Under the pieces are notes generated by a model, which did not search any database, had not been told where the DNA came from, and worked only from the letters and a program-made list of their open reading frames with translations. From an uncultured Candidatus Saccharibacteria bacterium (GTDB lineage: Bacteria; Patescibacteriota; Minisyncoccia; Sungbacterales; HO2-52-23), in the NCBI GenBank assembly GCA_964412615.1, contig CAYPPK010000001.1:54983-118982 (forward strand): a stretch of DNA of 64,000 nt, given 5' to 3'. Positions 20,207-29,606 of this stretch are shown in pieces (the first letter of the stretch is position 1; every line of letters starts with the position of its first letter). A program made the translations under genes and the position numbers.

Positions 20207-22465
20207 GTGGCCTTCATGCGCGCATCATCTTGGGAAAAAGCTTTGCTTCTGACCATAAAAATCGGCATCTGGATTTTGCCGATTTTGCCGCTATATATTT
20301 CCGGAGGAATGCTTTTCCCTTTTATAGCCGGAAAAAATTTTTTCTTCCGCATCATCGTGGAGATTGTATTTGCGCTTTGGGTGAGCCTGGCCATAATCCG
20401 GCCATATTACCGTCCTAAATTAACGCCTCTTTTTAAAGCCGCGACTATTTTCATCACTATCCTTTTCCTGGCTGATCTTTTCGGACCCAATCCTTACCGT
20501 TCCTTTTTTTCAAATTACGAGCGCATGGAAGGATTTATGATGCTCTCGCACCTTTATCTTTATTTCGTGGTACTCGCAAGCGTATTTAAAACCAAAAAGG
20601 ATTGGCTGACTTTTTTGCATATAACTTTGGCCGTAAGTTTGGTTGTATCCTTTATCGGTCTTATGCAGCGTTTCGGCTGGCGGGTGTCTTTGCAGGGAGG
20701 ATACCGAGTTGATTCTACCATCGGCAACCCCGCCTATTTGGCCTCCTACCTCTCTTTCCATATCTGGCTTCTATTAATTCTTATCAAGCAATATTGGCAT
20801 AAACAGGGGCTACGGGTATTTTATTTATCGGCATTCTTTTTTGAATTAGTCATCATTTATCTTACCGCCACCAGAGGGGCGATATTGGCGCTGCTCGTTG
20901 GAGCAATATTATTGCTTGCCTCCACGGTGATCTGGTGGGGAAAAATGTTCCCTTCCTTTCCGGGATTAAGAAAATGGGCGGCTATACTGCTTGCGTTTAT
21001 TGTCCTTATGCCGATGGGCGTCTGGCTTTTGCGTGACACCCCGTTTGTCCGCTCTCAGCAGATTCTAAATCGTATGACTTCCATTTCTCTCAGCGATAAG
21101 ACAACGCAGGCGCGCTTTCTTATCTGGAATATGTCGCTTAAGGGGGTACTGGAGAGGCCGGTTTTGGGCTGGGGGCAGGAAAATTATTATCTTGTTTTTC
21201 AGAAATACTATAATCCCGCCCTTTATGGACAGGAACAATGGTTTGATCGCTCCCATAATATATTCTTTGACTGGGCCATCCATGCCGGCATCCTTGGACT
21301 CTTGAGTTTTCTTGGCATAGTCGCGGCTGTCTTGTGGAGAATAATACGGGCGCTTCGGGCCTCACAACTCCCTGCCTGGGAGGGAGTGATTCTTGTTCTG
21401 GTATTCGTGGGACACTTTTTTCAGGATCTTTTTGTCTTTGACAACCTCAATACCTATCTTTTATTTTTCGGATTCCTGGCCTACAGCCAATTTAGAACCG
21501 ACGGGGAAACCGTAGAAAAACCAGTGCCTCCGAATCGGACAAATGCCTCTCGCGCCTATCCGGCAGTCGCCGTTTTGCTCGCTATAGTTGTCGTGGCCGG
21601 ATATTATCTGCATTGGAAGCCGATGGCTGCCTCTAGAAACCTGGTTCGGGCGCTGGCGGCCTATCAAAGCAACCGCCCCTTGTCCGAAATTCAGGCCCTA
21701 TTTGCTCGGGCCTTGTCATACCATACTTTTGGAAATACGGAAATCAGAGAGCAGATGAGCAATATTGCCAGGGATGTGCTCATTGATACTCGCGGAACCG
21801 AGGAGGAGCGGGCTCAATTTATCCCCTTTGTGGCAGAAGAGCTGAGAAAAGAGACGGCATCTTCCGCCAAAGATATAAAACATATGGTTTTTCTGGCCTC
21901 GATTCTTGGCCGCGCGAAATCAATCAATCCGGCTTATCCGGCTGAAGCGGAACAGATTCTTAAGGAGGCCATCTCGCTTTCTCCCGGAAAGCAGATGCTT
22001 TACTTTGAACTGGCCCAGCTTTATCTTTCACATAACCTGACTGACCAATCCATTGAAACCCTGCGCCAGGCCCTGCGTCTTGATCCTACTTATCCGCGAG
22101 CGATTCTAAATCTTGCGTTTATGGGATATACGGCCAAGCGGCCCGAAATAGTGGCCGAAGCAGAGCCTTATTTTGGTTATATTAAACTTGGAGCGCTCAA
22201 TGAAGACGAAATTAGGATACTCGCTAGACTCCATAGTGATTCTGGAAACCTTGCGGCTGCCCGCGATACTTATTTTTATTTGATAGAAATTAACCCAAGC
22301 AATCCTCATTATCGCGCCATAGTCGCGGCTTTCTTGGCGGAACTGGGAGAGTTTGATCGTGCTATTGAGGAAGCCGAGGTTGCCGGTCGCCTGGACCCCG
22401 GATTTGCCAGGGAAGCGGAGGTTTTTATCAATCAGGTAAAAGCAAAACAAGCCGCCACTAAGTAG
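20207..22465 (+). CDS. O-antigen ligase/polymerase-like (Wzy_C) membrane protein with C-terminal TPR repeats
   Basis: 752 aa; about 10 TM helices then soluble C-terminal TPR-like repeats. Confidence 0.55.
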   Translation: MAFMRASSWEKALLLTIKIGIWILPILPLYISGGMLFPFIAGKNFFFRIIVEIVFALWVSLAIIRPYYRPKLTPLFKAATIFITILFLADLFGPNPYRSFFSNYERMEGFMMLSHLYLYFVVLASVFKTKKDWLTFLHITLAVSLVVSFIGLMQRFGWRVSLQGGYRVDSTIGNPAYLASYLSFHIWLLLILIKQYWHKQGLRVFYLSAFFFELVIIYLTATRGAILALLVGAILLLASTVIWWGKMFPSFPGLRKWAAILLAFIVLMPMGVWLLRDTPFVRSQQILNRMTSISLSDKTTQARFLIWNMSLKGVLERPVLGWGQENYYLVFQKYYNPALYGQEQWFDRSHNIFFDWAIHAGILGLLSFLGIVAAVLWRIIRALRASQLPAWEGVILVLVFVGHFFQDLFVFDNLNTYLLFFGFLAYSQFRTDGETVEKPVPPNRTNASRAYPAVAVLLAIVVVAGYYLHWKPMAASRNLVRALAAYQSNRPLSEIQALFARALSYHTFGNTEIREQMSNIARDVLIDTRGTEEERAQFIPFVAEELRKETASSAKDIKHMVFLASILGRAKSINPAYPAEAEQILKEAISLSPGKQMLYFELAQLYLSHNLTDQSIETLRQALRLDPTYPRAILNLAFMGYTAKRPEIVAEAEPYFGYIKLGALNEDEIRILARLHSDSGNLAAARDTYFYLIEINPSNPHYRAIVAAFLAELGEFDRAIEEAEVAGRLDPGFAREAEVFINQVKAKQAATK

Positions 22466-22481
22466 GCGTTATAGAAGGCGT

Positions 22482-23432
22482 ATGGTTCAGCCATATAAAA
22501 TAGGCATTATCGGAGTAGGGATGGTTGGTACGCCTCTGAAGCGCTATTTTGAGGAACTTTGCGGATTTGAGCGCGGAAAGAATCTTTTTGTGTTTGATAT
22601 TGATCCCCATAAGGGATATCAAGACGACGTCAACAAGGCGGATGTTATTTTTATCTCCGTTCCCACTCCTCGTTCCCCGCAAGGTTCGGCAGAACTTTCC
22701 GCGGTTGAGTCAGCTTTTGGCCGCATCAAGGGAGAAAAGATAGTGGTCATTAAATCAACCGTTCCTCCGGGTACTACCGAAGCATTTCAAAAAAAATTTC
22801 CCCAGCATAAAATTTTATTCAATCCGGAGTTTCTTACCGAGAAGCAAGGATGGTACGATTTTATCCGGCCCGATCGCCAGATAGTCGGATTTACCAGCGT
22901 GAGCATAGACGCCGCTTATGCCGTATTATCTCTGCTGCCCAAAGCTCCCTTTATGTCTCCTTGGGGTTCCCACACTTATCGTTCTACGAAGATTACGGCG
23001 ACCGAAGCGGAAATTATCAAATATGGGGGAAATGTGCACTTCGCGCGAAAAATAAATTTTGCCAATTCGCTGGCCTTGCTTGCGGATTCGCATGGCGTCA
23101 ATTATGAAAATATCCGGGCCGGCCTGGCTGCGGACTTTCGCATAGGGGACTCGCACCTGGATGTTAACCACGGAGGATACAGAGGATTTGGAGGATACTG
23201 TTTCCCCAAAGACCTGCACGCGCTTCTCTCCCATTTCGAGCAGAGGGGGCTTAAAGAATGCGCGGATCTCCTGCGGAATGACTGGGAATTTAACGAAGAG
23301 CTTCTCCTGAAACAGGGGCTTACGGTTGAGGATGTCAGTGTGCACGACCATGAATGGATAAAACGCAAGCTGGAGGCAATAAATAAGAATCAAGAAGCGA
23401 GGATTACCGACGCGGTATCCCTTGATTCTTAA
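22482..23432 (+). CDS. UDP-glucose/GDP-mannose dehydrogenase family protein (short form)
   Basis: IGIIGVGMVG Rossmann; central domain motifs of UDPG-DH family; only 316 aa so the C-terminal UDP-binding domain may be reduced. Confidence 0.55.
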   Translation: MVQPYKIGIIGVGMVGTPLKRYFEELCGFERGKNLFVFDIDPHKGYQDDVNKADVIFISVPTPRSPQGSAELSAVESAFGRIKGEKIVVIKSTVPPGTTEAFQKKFPQHKILFNPEFLTEKQGWYDFIRPDRQIVGFTSVSIDAAYAVLSLLPKAPFMSPWGSHTYRSTKITATEAEIIKYGGNVHFARKINFANSLALLADSHGVNYENIRAGLAADFRIGDSHLDVNHGGYRGFGGYCFPKDLHALLSHFEQRGLKECADLLRNDWEFNEELLLKQGLTVEDVSVHDHEWIKRKLEAINKNQEARITDAVSLDS

Positions 23433-23451
23433 CTCTTGATTTCTAATTCTA

Positions 23452-24375
23452 ATGAAGATACTCATCACCGGCGGTTCCGGCTATATTGGTTCGGAAGTCA
23501 GAAAAAATCTAGGGCATACATTTTCTTTTGTTAATTTTGATATCCGCCAAAACCCCAAAGATGACGTGCGTAATCTTGCTCGGCTGTGCAAAGCAGTGAG
23601 AAAGGTGGATGGAGTTCTGCATTTTGCCGCTATTTCGCGTCCAAAATGGGGATATGAAAATCCCCATCTTTGTTTGGATACGAATATTCGCGGAACCTAT
23701 AACTTGCTTGAGGCGGTACGACGGGAAAATCCCAAGGCCTGGGTTATCTTAGGGTCAAGCCGGGAAGTATTTGCCGGACTGGCAAAGTTTCCCCTAACCG
23801 AAAAAGACCCGAAATTTCCGCTTAATGCTTATGGCGTCTCCAAAGCAACCGGAGAGGATCTGCTTAAACAATATGCGGAGAACTATAATTTGCGAACGCT
23901 GGTAATTCGTTTTTGCGGTGTCTATACGGGCAGGAAAGATATTTTAGACCGGGTTATTCCGCGATTTATCGGACAAGCAATTAAAGGCAAAAAACTGGTA
24001 ATTGAGGGAGATGGAAAAAAGAAGGCGTATGATTATGTCTACATAACCGATGTGGTGAGAGCCATAGAAAAAGCCGCTAATTTTATCAATAAAAAACCGA
24101 AAGGTTTTTTTGAAGATATCAACCTGGTTGCCGATGCGCCCTTAACCATGTTTAATCTCGCGCGATTGATTATTGCGCTGGCAAAAAGCAAGAGCAAAAT
24201 ATCTTATTTGCCGGAACGATCTTATGATACCGGCAGGGGATTTACCGGCAGCTACCGCAAGGCGCAAAAATTACTATCCTGGTCTCCCCGGGTTGGTTTT
24301 AAAGAAGGACTGACTCGCTCTATTGAGGAACTAAAACCTATCTTTGCCCGAGGTGGTTATAAAAGTGATGAATAA
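23452..24375 (+). CDS. NAD-dependent epimerase/dehydratase (extended SDR)
   Basis: ILITGGSGYIGS motif, YGVSK catalytic motif. Confidence 0.65.
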   Translation: MKILITGGSGYIGSEVRKNLGHTFSFVNFDIRQNPKDDVRNLARLCKAVRKVDGVLHFAAISRPKWGYENPHLCLDTNIRGTYNLLEAVRRENPKAWVILGSSREVFAGLAKFPLTEKDPKFPLNAYGVSKATGEDLLKQYAENYNLRTLVIRFCGVYTGRKDILDRVIPRFIGQAIKGKKLVIEGDGKKKAYDYVYITDVVRAIEKAANFINKKPKGFFEDINLVADAPLTMFNLARLIIALAKSKSKISYLPERSYDTGRGFTGSYRKAQKLLSWSPRVGFKEGLTRSIEELKPIFARGGYKSDE

Positions 24376-25285
24376 AGCAGGGGCAAAAGTAATCGTAACT
24401 GGAGGAGCGGGGTTTATCGGTTCGCATCTGGCTGATGTTTTGGTCAGTCAGGGATATGAAGTGCATGTCATAGACAATCTTCTGGGCGGCAAACGCGAGC
24501 GAGTGCATCGGGAAGCAATATTCCATGAGATGGATATCCGCGATTTTTCCAAGATAGCTCCGGTATTTTCCGGCGCTAATTACGTATTTCATACTGCCGC
24601 TCTGCCAAGAGTGCAGCCTTCTATTAAAGATCCCCGCACCACCCATGACATCAATGTTACCGGCACCCTCAACGTGCTTCTGGCCTCGCGTGACGCAGGA
24701 GTAAAAAGGGTTATCTATTCGGCTTCTTCATCTGCCTACGGAAACCAGCCAGTCCTACCTTTGCGGGAAGACATGCCCGCGCGGCCCTTAAGCCCCTACG
24801 GCCTGCAAAAATACATGGGTGAACAATTAGCGGCGCTATTCTCGGAAATTTACGGTTTGCAGACAGTGTCTCTCCGCTATTTTAATGTTTATGGTCCGCG
24901 TGCCTCATCCGAGGGCGCTTATGCGTTGGTTGTCTCCCGCTTTCTTGACCAGCGCAAGCGCGAGGAGCCGTTAACCGTGGTGCCTGATGGTTTGCAGTCC
25001 AGGGACTTTACTCATGTGAGAGACGTGGTAAGAGCAAACATCCTGGCTGCCGAATCCCCTAAGGTTGGAAGAGGTGAAGTGATAAACATTGGAGGAGGCA
25101 GAAACCGGACCGTTCTGGAAGTTGCCGACTTGATCGGGGGCCCCAGGATTTTCGTTGAACCGCGCCTGGAGCCAAAACATACGCTGGCCGATATTGCCAA
25201 AGCCAAAGAACTTCTGGGCTGGGAACCGCAAGTACTGTTTGAAGATGGTATTAAGGAGTTAAAAAAGCTTTACCAACTGGCATAG
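24368..25285 (+). CDS. NAD-dependent epimerase/dehydratase (UDP-glucose 4-epimerase/UDP-glucuronate decarboxylase-like)
   Basis: Start at internal ATG 24368; VIVTGGAGFIGSH, YGLQK motifs. Confidence 0.7.
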   Translation: MNKAGAKVIVTGGAGFIGSHLADVLVSQGYEVHVIDNLLGGKRERVHREAIFHEMDIRDFSKIAPVFSGANYVFHTAALPRVQPSIKDPRTTHDINVTGTLNVLLASRDAGVKRVIYSASSSAYGNQPVLPLREDMPARPLSPYGLQKYMGEQLAALFSEIYGLQTVSLRYFNVYGPRASSEGAYALVVSRFLDQRKREEPLTVVPDGLQSRDFTHVRDVVRANILAAESPKVGRGEVINIGGGRNRTVLEVADLIGGPRIFVEPRLEPKHTLADIAKAKELLGWEPQVLFEDGIKELKKLYQLA

Positions 25286-25321
25286 AAGTTTAAGGAAAGT
25301 TGGGCCGATTAAAATTTTAAT

Positions 25322-26689
25322 TTAACGGCCTTCGCGGCGAAGAAGGGTAAACATAGTTTTAAGTGCGATCAGAAGATCGAGCAGGGGCGCTCGATTTTTT
25401 ATATAGTAAAGATCATACTGCAGTTTCTCGGTGGCATCTTCCACGGAAGCATCATTTTCCATATGAATTTGCGCCCAGCCGGTGATTCCCGGGGGAACTA
25501 GAAGGCGCATCTCATAAAAAGGTGTTTTTTGTTTCAATTGGGCCACGTATTCCGGACGTTCCGGCCGCGGCCCAATAAAAGACATGTCTCCTTTCAGAAT
25601 ATTTATTATTTGGGCAAGTTCGTCTAGGTAATTTTTACGCAAGAAACTGCCCACCCGGGTATGGCGCAAGTCACGTCCATTGCCTTTGTAGCCGTTAAGA
25701 TTTTCAGCGTTTTTTACCATGGAGCGGAATTTAATTAATTCAAATTCTTTGCCGCCCCTGCCTACTCTTTTTTGGCGGAAAAATATAGGCCCTTCCGAGT
25801 CCAGTTTGATGGCCAGGGCGATAAAAGGGAAAAACAACAAAGCCAAGAGGCCAAGCATGCCCCCTAATGTAATATCCAGACCGCGCTTAAAAAATTCGTA
25901 ACTTGTTTTTTTAACCCCCACCAGGTTTTCCAAAAACCACACTTCCCCGATCAAGGAAAGGGGAATTTTGCCGATATTCATCTCGTAAAATTTGGGCAGC
26001 TCCACTACGCCAATGCCCAGAGGAATAAGCTGAAATAAAGTTGCCACAAAAACCCGGTTTTCTTTCAGTTCGGGTGAAATAACTACCGTGTCCACGGCAA
26101 AATTCTTGATGATCGGAGTTAAATCCTGCTGCGGTTCGAAGTGGGGAAGCGGCATCGGGGTCGGCGGATTTTCCCCGGGCAGGACCATAAAGGCAACCGG
26201 CGCAAATCCCAATTGGGGATTTCTTAGAAGATATTCAACCAACTCTCTGGCATCAGAACTTGTTCCCCAAAATAAAACTTTGGCGCTCGGAGCGCGAATT
26301 ATGGCCAGGTTAAAAAGATAGCGCCAAATAAATATGAACAAGGTAGAAATAATCGCCACCAGGAAAAGATTTCGTCTTGGCTCAATTTCAAACGCCGGAA
26401 TCAGATAAAATACCAATATGGAAATAACCAGGTTGGTTGCCATGGCGCGCAGCAGCCGGTAAAGAAAGCGCTTGTTGTTTTTAATGAAACGGAAATCGTG
26501 CAGGCCGAAAGCCACAAAAAGAATGATCCAAAGCAAAAAAATCACCGAGAAAGGAAAGAAATGTCTGGCAATAAGATCCGGTTCCGCGGAGTTGGCGTAA
26601 CGAAGAAGCAGGGTAACAAAAAGCGCCAGATACAGAAGCAGGATATCTCCGACTATCAGTATAAAAAGTTTAAGCCGGCGGTTATTCAT
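25322..26689 (-). CDS. polyprenyl-phosphate sugar phosphotransferase (WbaP/bacterial sugar transferase family), initiating enzyme
   Basis: 455 aa; N-terminal TM helices, C-terminal KRGLDI...IKLDSEGPIFFRQKRVGR...KFRSM family signature. Confidence 0.75.
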   Translation of the reverse strand: MNNRRLKLFILIVGDILLLYLALFVTLLLRYANSAEPDLIARHFFPFSVIFLLWIILFVAFGLHDFRFIKNNKRFLYRLLRAMATNLVISILVFYLIPAFEIEPRRNLFLVAIISTLFIFIWRYLFNLAIIRAPSAKVLFWGTSSDARELVEYLLRNPQLGFAPVAFMVLPGENPPTPMPLPHFEPQQDLTPIIKNFAVDTVVISPELKENRVFVATLFQLIPLGIGVVELPKFYEMNIGKIPLSLIGEVWFLENLVGVKKTSYEFFKRGLDITLGGMLGLLALLFFPFIALAIKLDSEGPIFFRQKRVGRGGKEFELIKFRSMVKNAENLNGYKGNGRDLRHTRVGSFLRKNYLDELAQIINILKGDMSFIGPRPERPEYVAQLKQKTPFYEMRLLVPPGITGWAQIHMENDASVEDATEKLQYDLYYIKNRAPLLDLLIALKTMFTLLRREGR

Positions 26690-27857
26690 AAATATTTATG
26701 GTATTTTCCAGCATATTTTTTATGGAGAATTTTTCCTGGATTTTATGGGCGGCTTTTTGGATCATTGCCTCACTTTGGGTTCGGTTATTTATGGCTTGCA
26801 TAATTGCGTCAGCCAAGGCAGTCGTATTCCGAGTTGATACTAAATATCCTTCTTGACCATCGGTAATTAAATCCGGCAGCCCTCCCACCCTGGTAGCTAT
26901 AATCTGTACCCGGGCAGCCATGGCTTCCATGACCACGTAGGGCAACCCTTCCTTTAGGGAAGGAAGAACTAGCAGATCAAATCCTTTAAGGTATTGCCTT
27001 GCTTCCGGGACAAAGCCGGTAAGCTTTACAAATTCTTCCAACTTGAGGTCCTTTATTTTTTGCTCCAGGTTTTTCCTTTCTTTCCCTTCTTCCCCGATAA
27101 TAAATGTCATCCATTTCACCTGCGGAAACCGGCGTCTAACTTCACCAACGGCTTCAATTAAGTAAGCCAGTCCTTTGTTGGAAGTATACTCGGCAATGGC
27201 GCCAATGATCACGGAATTGTCCGAAACCTTTTCTTTCGTAAATTTAAATAAGAAATTGTGCGCCTCTTCTTTGGACAAAAAATCAAACGCCGCCAAACCG
27301 TTAAAAATTAAGTGCAGCTTTTTACGGGGAATAAATTTTTTGCCGATCTTAAAATCCTTGCTGTTTATGGTTATGACCGAGTCCTGCAGAATAGTTCCGA
27401 TCCAGGTCAAGAAAAAAATAATTGCTTTTTGCCAATGGGGCCTTGGCTCCAGAAACGGCCAGCCGTGGGCGGTGAAAATTATCTTGATATGATGGCGGAA
27501 GGAAATGCGGGAAAGGCGCGCAGCCACCGCTCCTATGCCTCCTATCTTGGAGCTATTCAGATGAACGATGTCGGGTTTCTCGCGGCGGAAAATGGAAATG
27601 AGTATGAAAAATGCCTGCAGGTTGCGAAAAGAAAAAAGAACCAACCAGAAGCCATTTCCTTTTTGCAGCAAAGGCAAGGCAATGGTCCGGATTCCGGCAC
27701 CAGCCAACTTCTCAACCAAGGGCCCTTTGCCTCCGGTTATTACTGCCACCTCAAATTGGTCCGGGGGCAGGTGAGTAGCCAAATCAAACACATAGCGCTG
27801 TGCTCCTCCCCAGTTGGATTTGGTTATGATATACAGGACCTTCTTTCGTTTCTGCAT
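26682..27857 (-). CDS. glycosyltransferase family 4 (GT-B)
   Basis: GT1/GT4 C-terminal EG.P motif region; start taken at ATG giving MQKRKKVLYI. Confidence 0.65.
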   Translation of the reverse strand: MQKRKKVLYIITKSNWGGAQRYVFDLATHLPPDQFEVAVITGGKGPLVEKLAGAGIRTIALPLLQKGNGFWLVLFSFRNLQAFFILISIFRREKPDIVHLNSSKIGGIGAVAARLSRISFRHHIKIIFTAHGWPFLEPRPHWQKAIIFFLTWIGTILQDSVITINSKDFKIGKKFIPRKKLHLIFNGLAAFDFLSKEEAHNFLFKFTKEKVSDNSVIIGAIAEYTSNKGLAYLIEAVGEVRRRFPQVKWMTFIIGEEGKERKNLEQKIKDLKLEEFVKLTGFVPEARQYLKGFDLLVLPSLKEGLPYVVMEAMAARVQIIATRVGGLPDLITDGQEGYLVSTRNTTALADAIMQAINNRTQSEAMIQKAAHKIQEKFSIKNMLENTINIYE

Positions 27858-27966
27858 ATATACAATATAACGCAAAACAAGAGGGGATAGTTATGACAAA
27901 ACGTCTACCTTTCTCCTTTTAATTTAAGCAGATGGTCAAGCCCATGCAACTGTTTATATCCCCCGC

Positions 27967-28100
27967 TTGACTTTTTTCTCCCGATCTGCTACTAATAGGG
28001 GCAGTGTGAGTGTCTTTTAGGAGGTGCCCAGCTGCAAAGCGGGGTATTCCTAAAACTCCAATTTGTCCGGTAAAAACCCCGCAAGGGGTTTTTGCTTTTT
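27967..28100 (+). ncRNA. candidate small transcript: sigma70-like promoter (TTGACT-17-TACTAA) to intrinsic terminator (AAAACCCC-GCAA-GGGGTTTT-TGCTTTTT), about 100 nt
   Basis: Promoter-like hexamers with 17-bp spacer at 27967..27995, perfect 8-bp hairpin + T-run at 28072..28100, no ORF between; function unknown. Confidence 0.25.
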
Positions 28101-28162
28101 AAGGGCTTGGCCTAAAATTTCAAGTACTGAAGCACGACGAAATTTTAGCTGCCAAACCTTAA

Positions 28163-28313
28163 CCCCGCTCTAATTTTGCAATATAAGACGGCCATGAGAT
28201 ACTATGGGAAAAAGAATTTGATTGTTTATAGCGGCCCGCGTGCAGCGAATAGCTGCTTACCTTTATGGGAGAAGCGGGCCGTATAAAATATATCTCGCAA
28301 AATTAGAGCGGGG
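28163..28313. repeat. hairpin repeat family B, copy 1 (17-bp perfect inverted repeat CCCCGCTCTAATTTTGC, arms 113 bp apart)
   Basis: Left arm CAAACCTTAACCCCGCTCTAATTTTGC is near-identical to 62544..62568; right arm is its reverse complement. Confidence 0.6.
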
Positions 28314-28326
28314 TAGCACAAAATTT

Positions 28327-29451
28327 ATGAAATCAAAAGGTATCATTCTTTTATATGGCGCTACCGAAATTGGCTCATCACATTTTTCAGCCGATCTTTT
28401 GTGGCGGACTAAATTCAGGGCTCCTGATCCTTTTTTCTTGATGGAAGGTAAAGATAAAACCTATCTTTTTGCTTCTGCCTTGGAGCGAAACAGGGCGATG
28501 CGCGAAGCTGAAGTTGATGCCGTTTTACCGATTGCAAAGCTGAAGGACGTTGTTACCTTTCTTAAGCATTTGAAAATCAACAAAATTGTCGTTCCTTTTT
28601 CTTTCCCCCATGGTTTGGCAAAGTTTTTAGCACGTCATTTTCTGGTAACGATAAATAATCATCTTTTTTATCCGGGACGTTTTCAAAAAACTCCTTTTGA
28701 GATCAAGGAAATAAAAAAAGCCCAGGCCGCGGCCGAGGTGGCCTTTCTTAAAGCCCGGAATATTTTGCAGAAAAGCAAAATAAAAGAAAAAGGAATTTAC
28801 TTTGGCAAAAAACTAGTTACTTCAGAAATGCTGCGTGAAATCATAGATGAAGATCTTTTTGCCAAAGGATTTTTGGGAATAGGTACGATCGTAGCTTCTG
28901 GAATTCAGGCTGCTGATCCTCATGCTCTTGGCCGAGGGCCGGTAATTCCCCATACGGCAATTGTTTTTGATGTTTTTCCGGTCTCTCGTTCTTCACATTA
29001 TTTTGCCGATATGAGCCGTACTGTCTTTAAAGGAAGGCCAAACGATAGGCTTATAGAAATGTACGAAGCGGTGCGTGCCACTCAAGAGAAATCAATAACT
29101 ATGGTTAAAGCAGGGGCAGATGGAGCAAGGATTTATAATTGGGCAAAAAATAATTTTGCCAGGCTGGGATTCCCGACAGAATTTAAAAAAGAAAAACCAG
29201 AAGGGTTTTTCCATAGTTTGGGACACGGCGTGGGTTTGGATATTCACGAGCCGCCGAATCTGGGCAGTATTTCTTGCCGGCTGCAAAAAAGAAATGTGGT
29301 GACGGTTGAACCCGGTCTTTACTACCGGGAGAACCGCAAAAATATATCTGCGGGGGGTATAAGAATTGAAGATATGGTATTAGTGGAAAGAGACAGCTGT
29401 CAAAATCTAACAAAAATGCCCAAATCCATAGCTTGGGCCGTAATTCCATAG
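28327..29451 (+). CDS. M24-family metallopeptidase (Xaa-Pro aminopeptidase/creatinase-like)
   Basis: Start at ATG 28327 (MKSKG...); C-terminal metal-ligand motifs (HGVGLDIHE, VEPG). Confidence 0.7.
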   Translation: MKSKGIILLYGATEIGSSHFSADLLWRTKFRAPDPFFLMEGKDKTYLFASALERNRAMREAEVDAVLPIAKLKDVVTFLKHLKINKIVVPFSFPHGLAKFLARHFLVTINNHLFYPGRFQKTPFEIKEIKKAQAAAEVAFLKARNILQKSKIKEKGIYFGKKLVTSEMLREIIDEDLFAKGFLGIGTIVASGIQAADPHALGRGPVIPHTAIVFDVFPVSRSSHYFADMSRTVFKGRPNDRLIEMYEAVRATQEKSITMVKAGADGARIYNWAKNNFARLGFPTEFKKEKPEGFFHSLGHGVGLDIHEPPNLGSISCRLQKRNVVTVEPGLYYRENRKNISAGGIRIEDMVLVERDSCQNLTKMPKSIAWAVIP

Positions 29452-29606
29452 CCAATTTCAGCCAAGGTTACTTTAGAGGCACGAGAAGGGTTTTAACTCC
29501 AAAGCTTTGTCCTTATGTGAGTACCTGCTACTCGTGCCACTGAAGCAGCCGAAATCTATGTTTAAGATATTGTATCTGCCTGAATTTTGCAATAGAATTT
29601 CACTAC

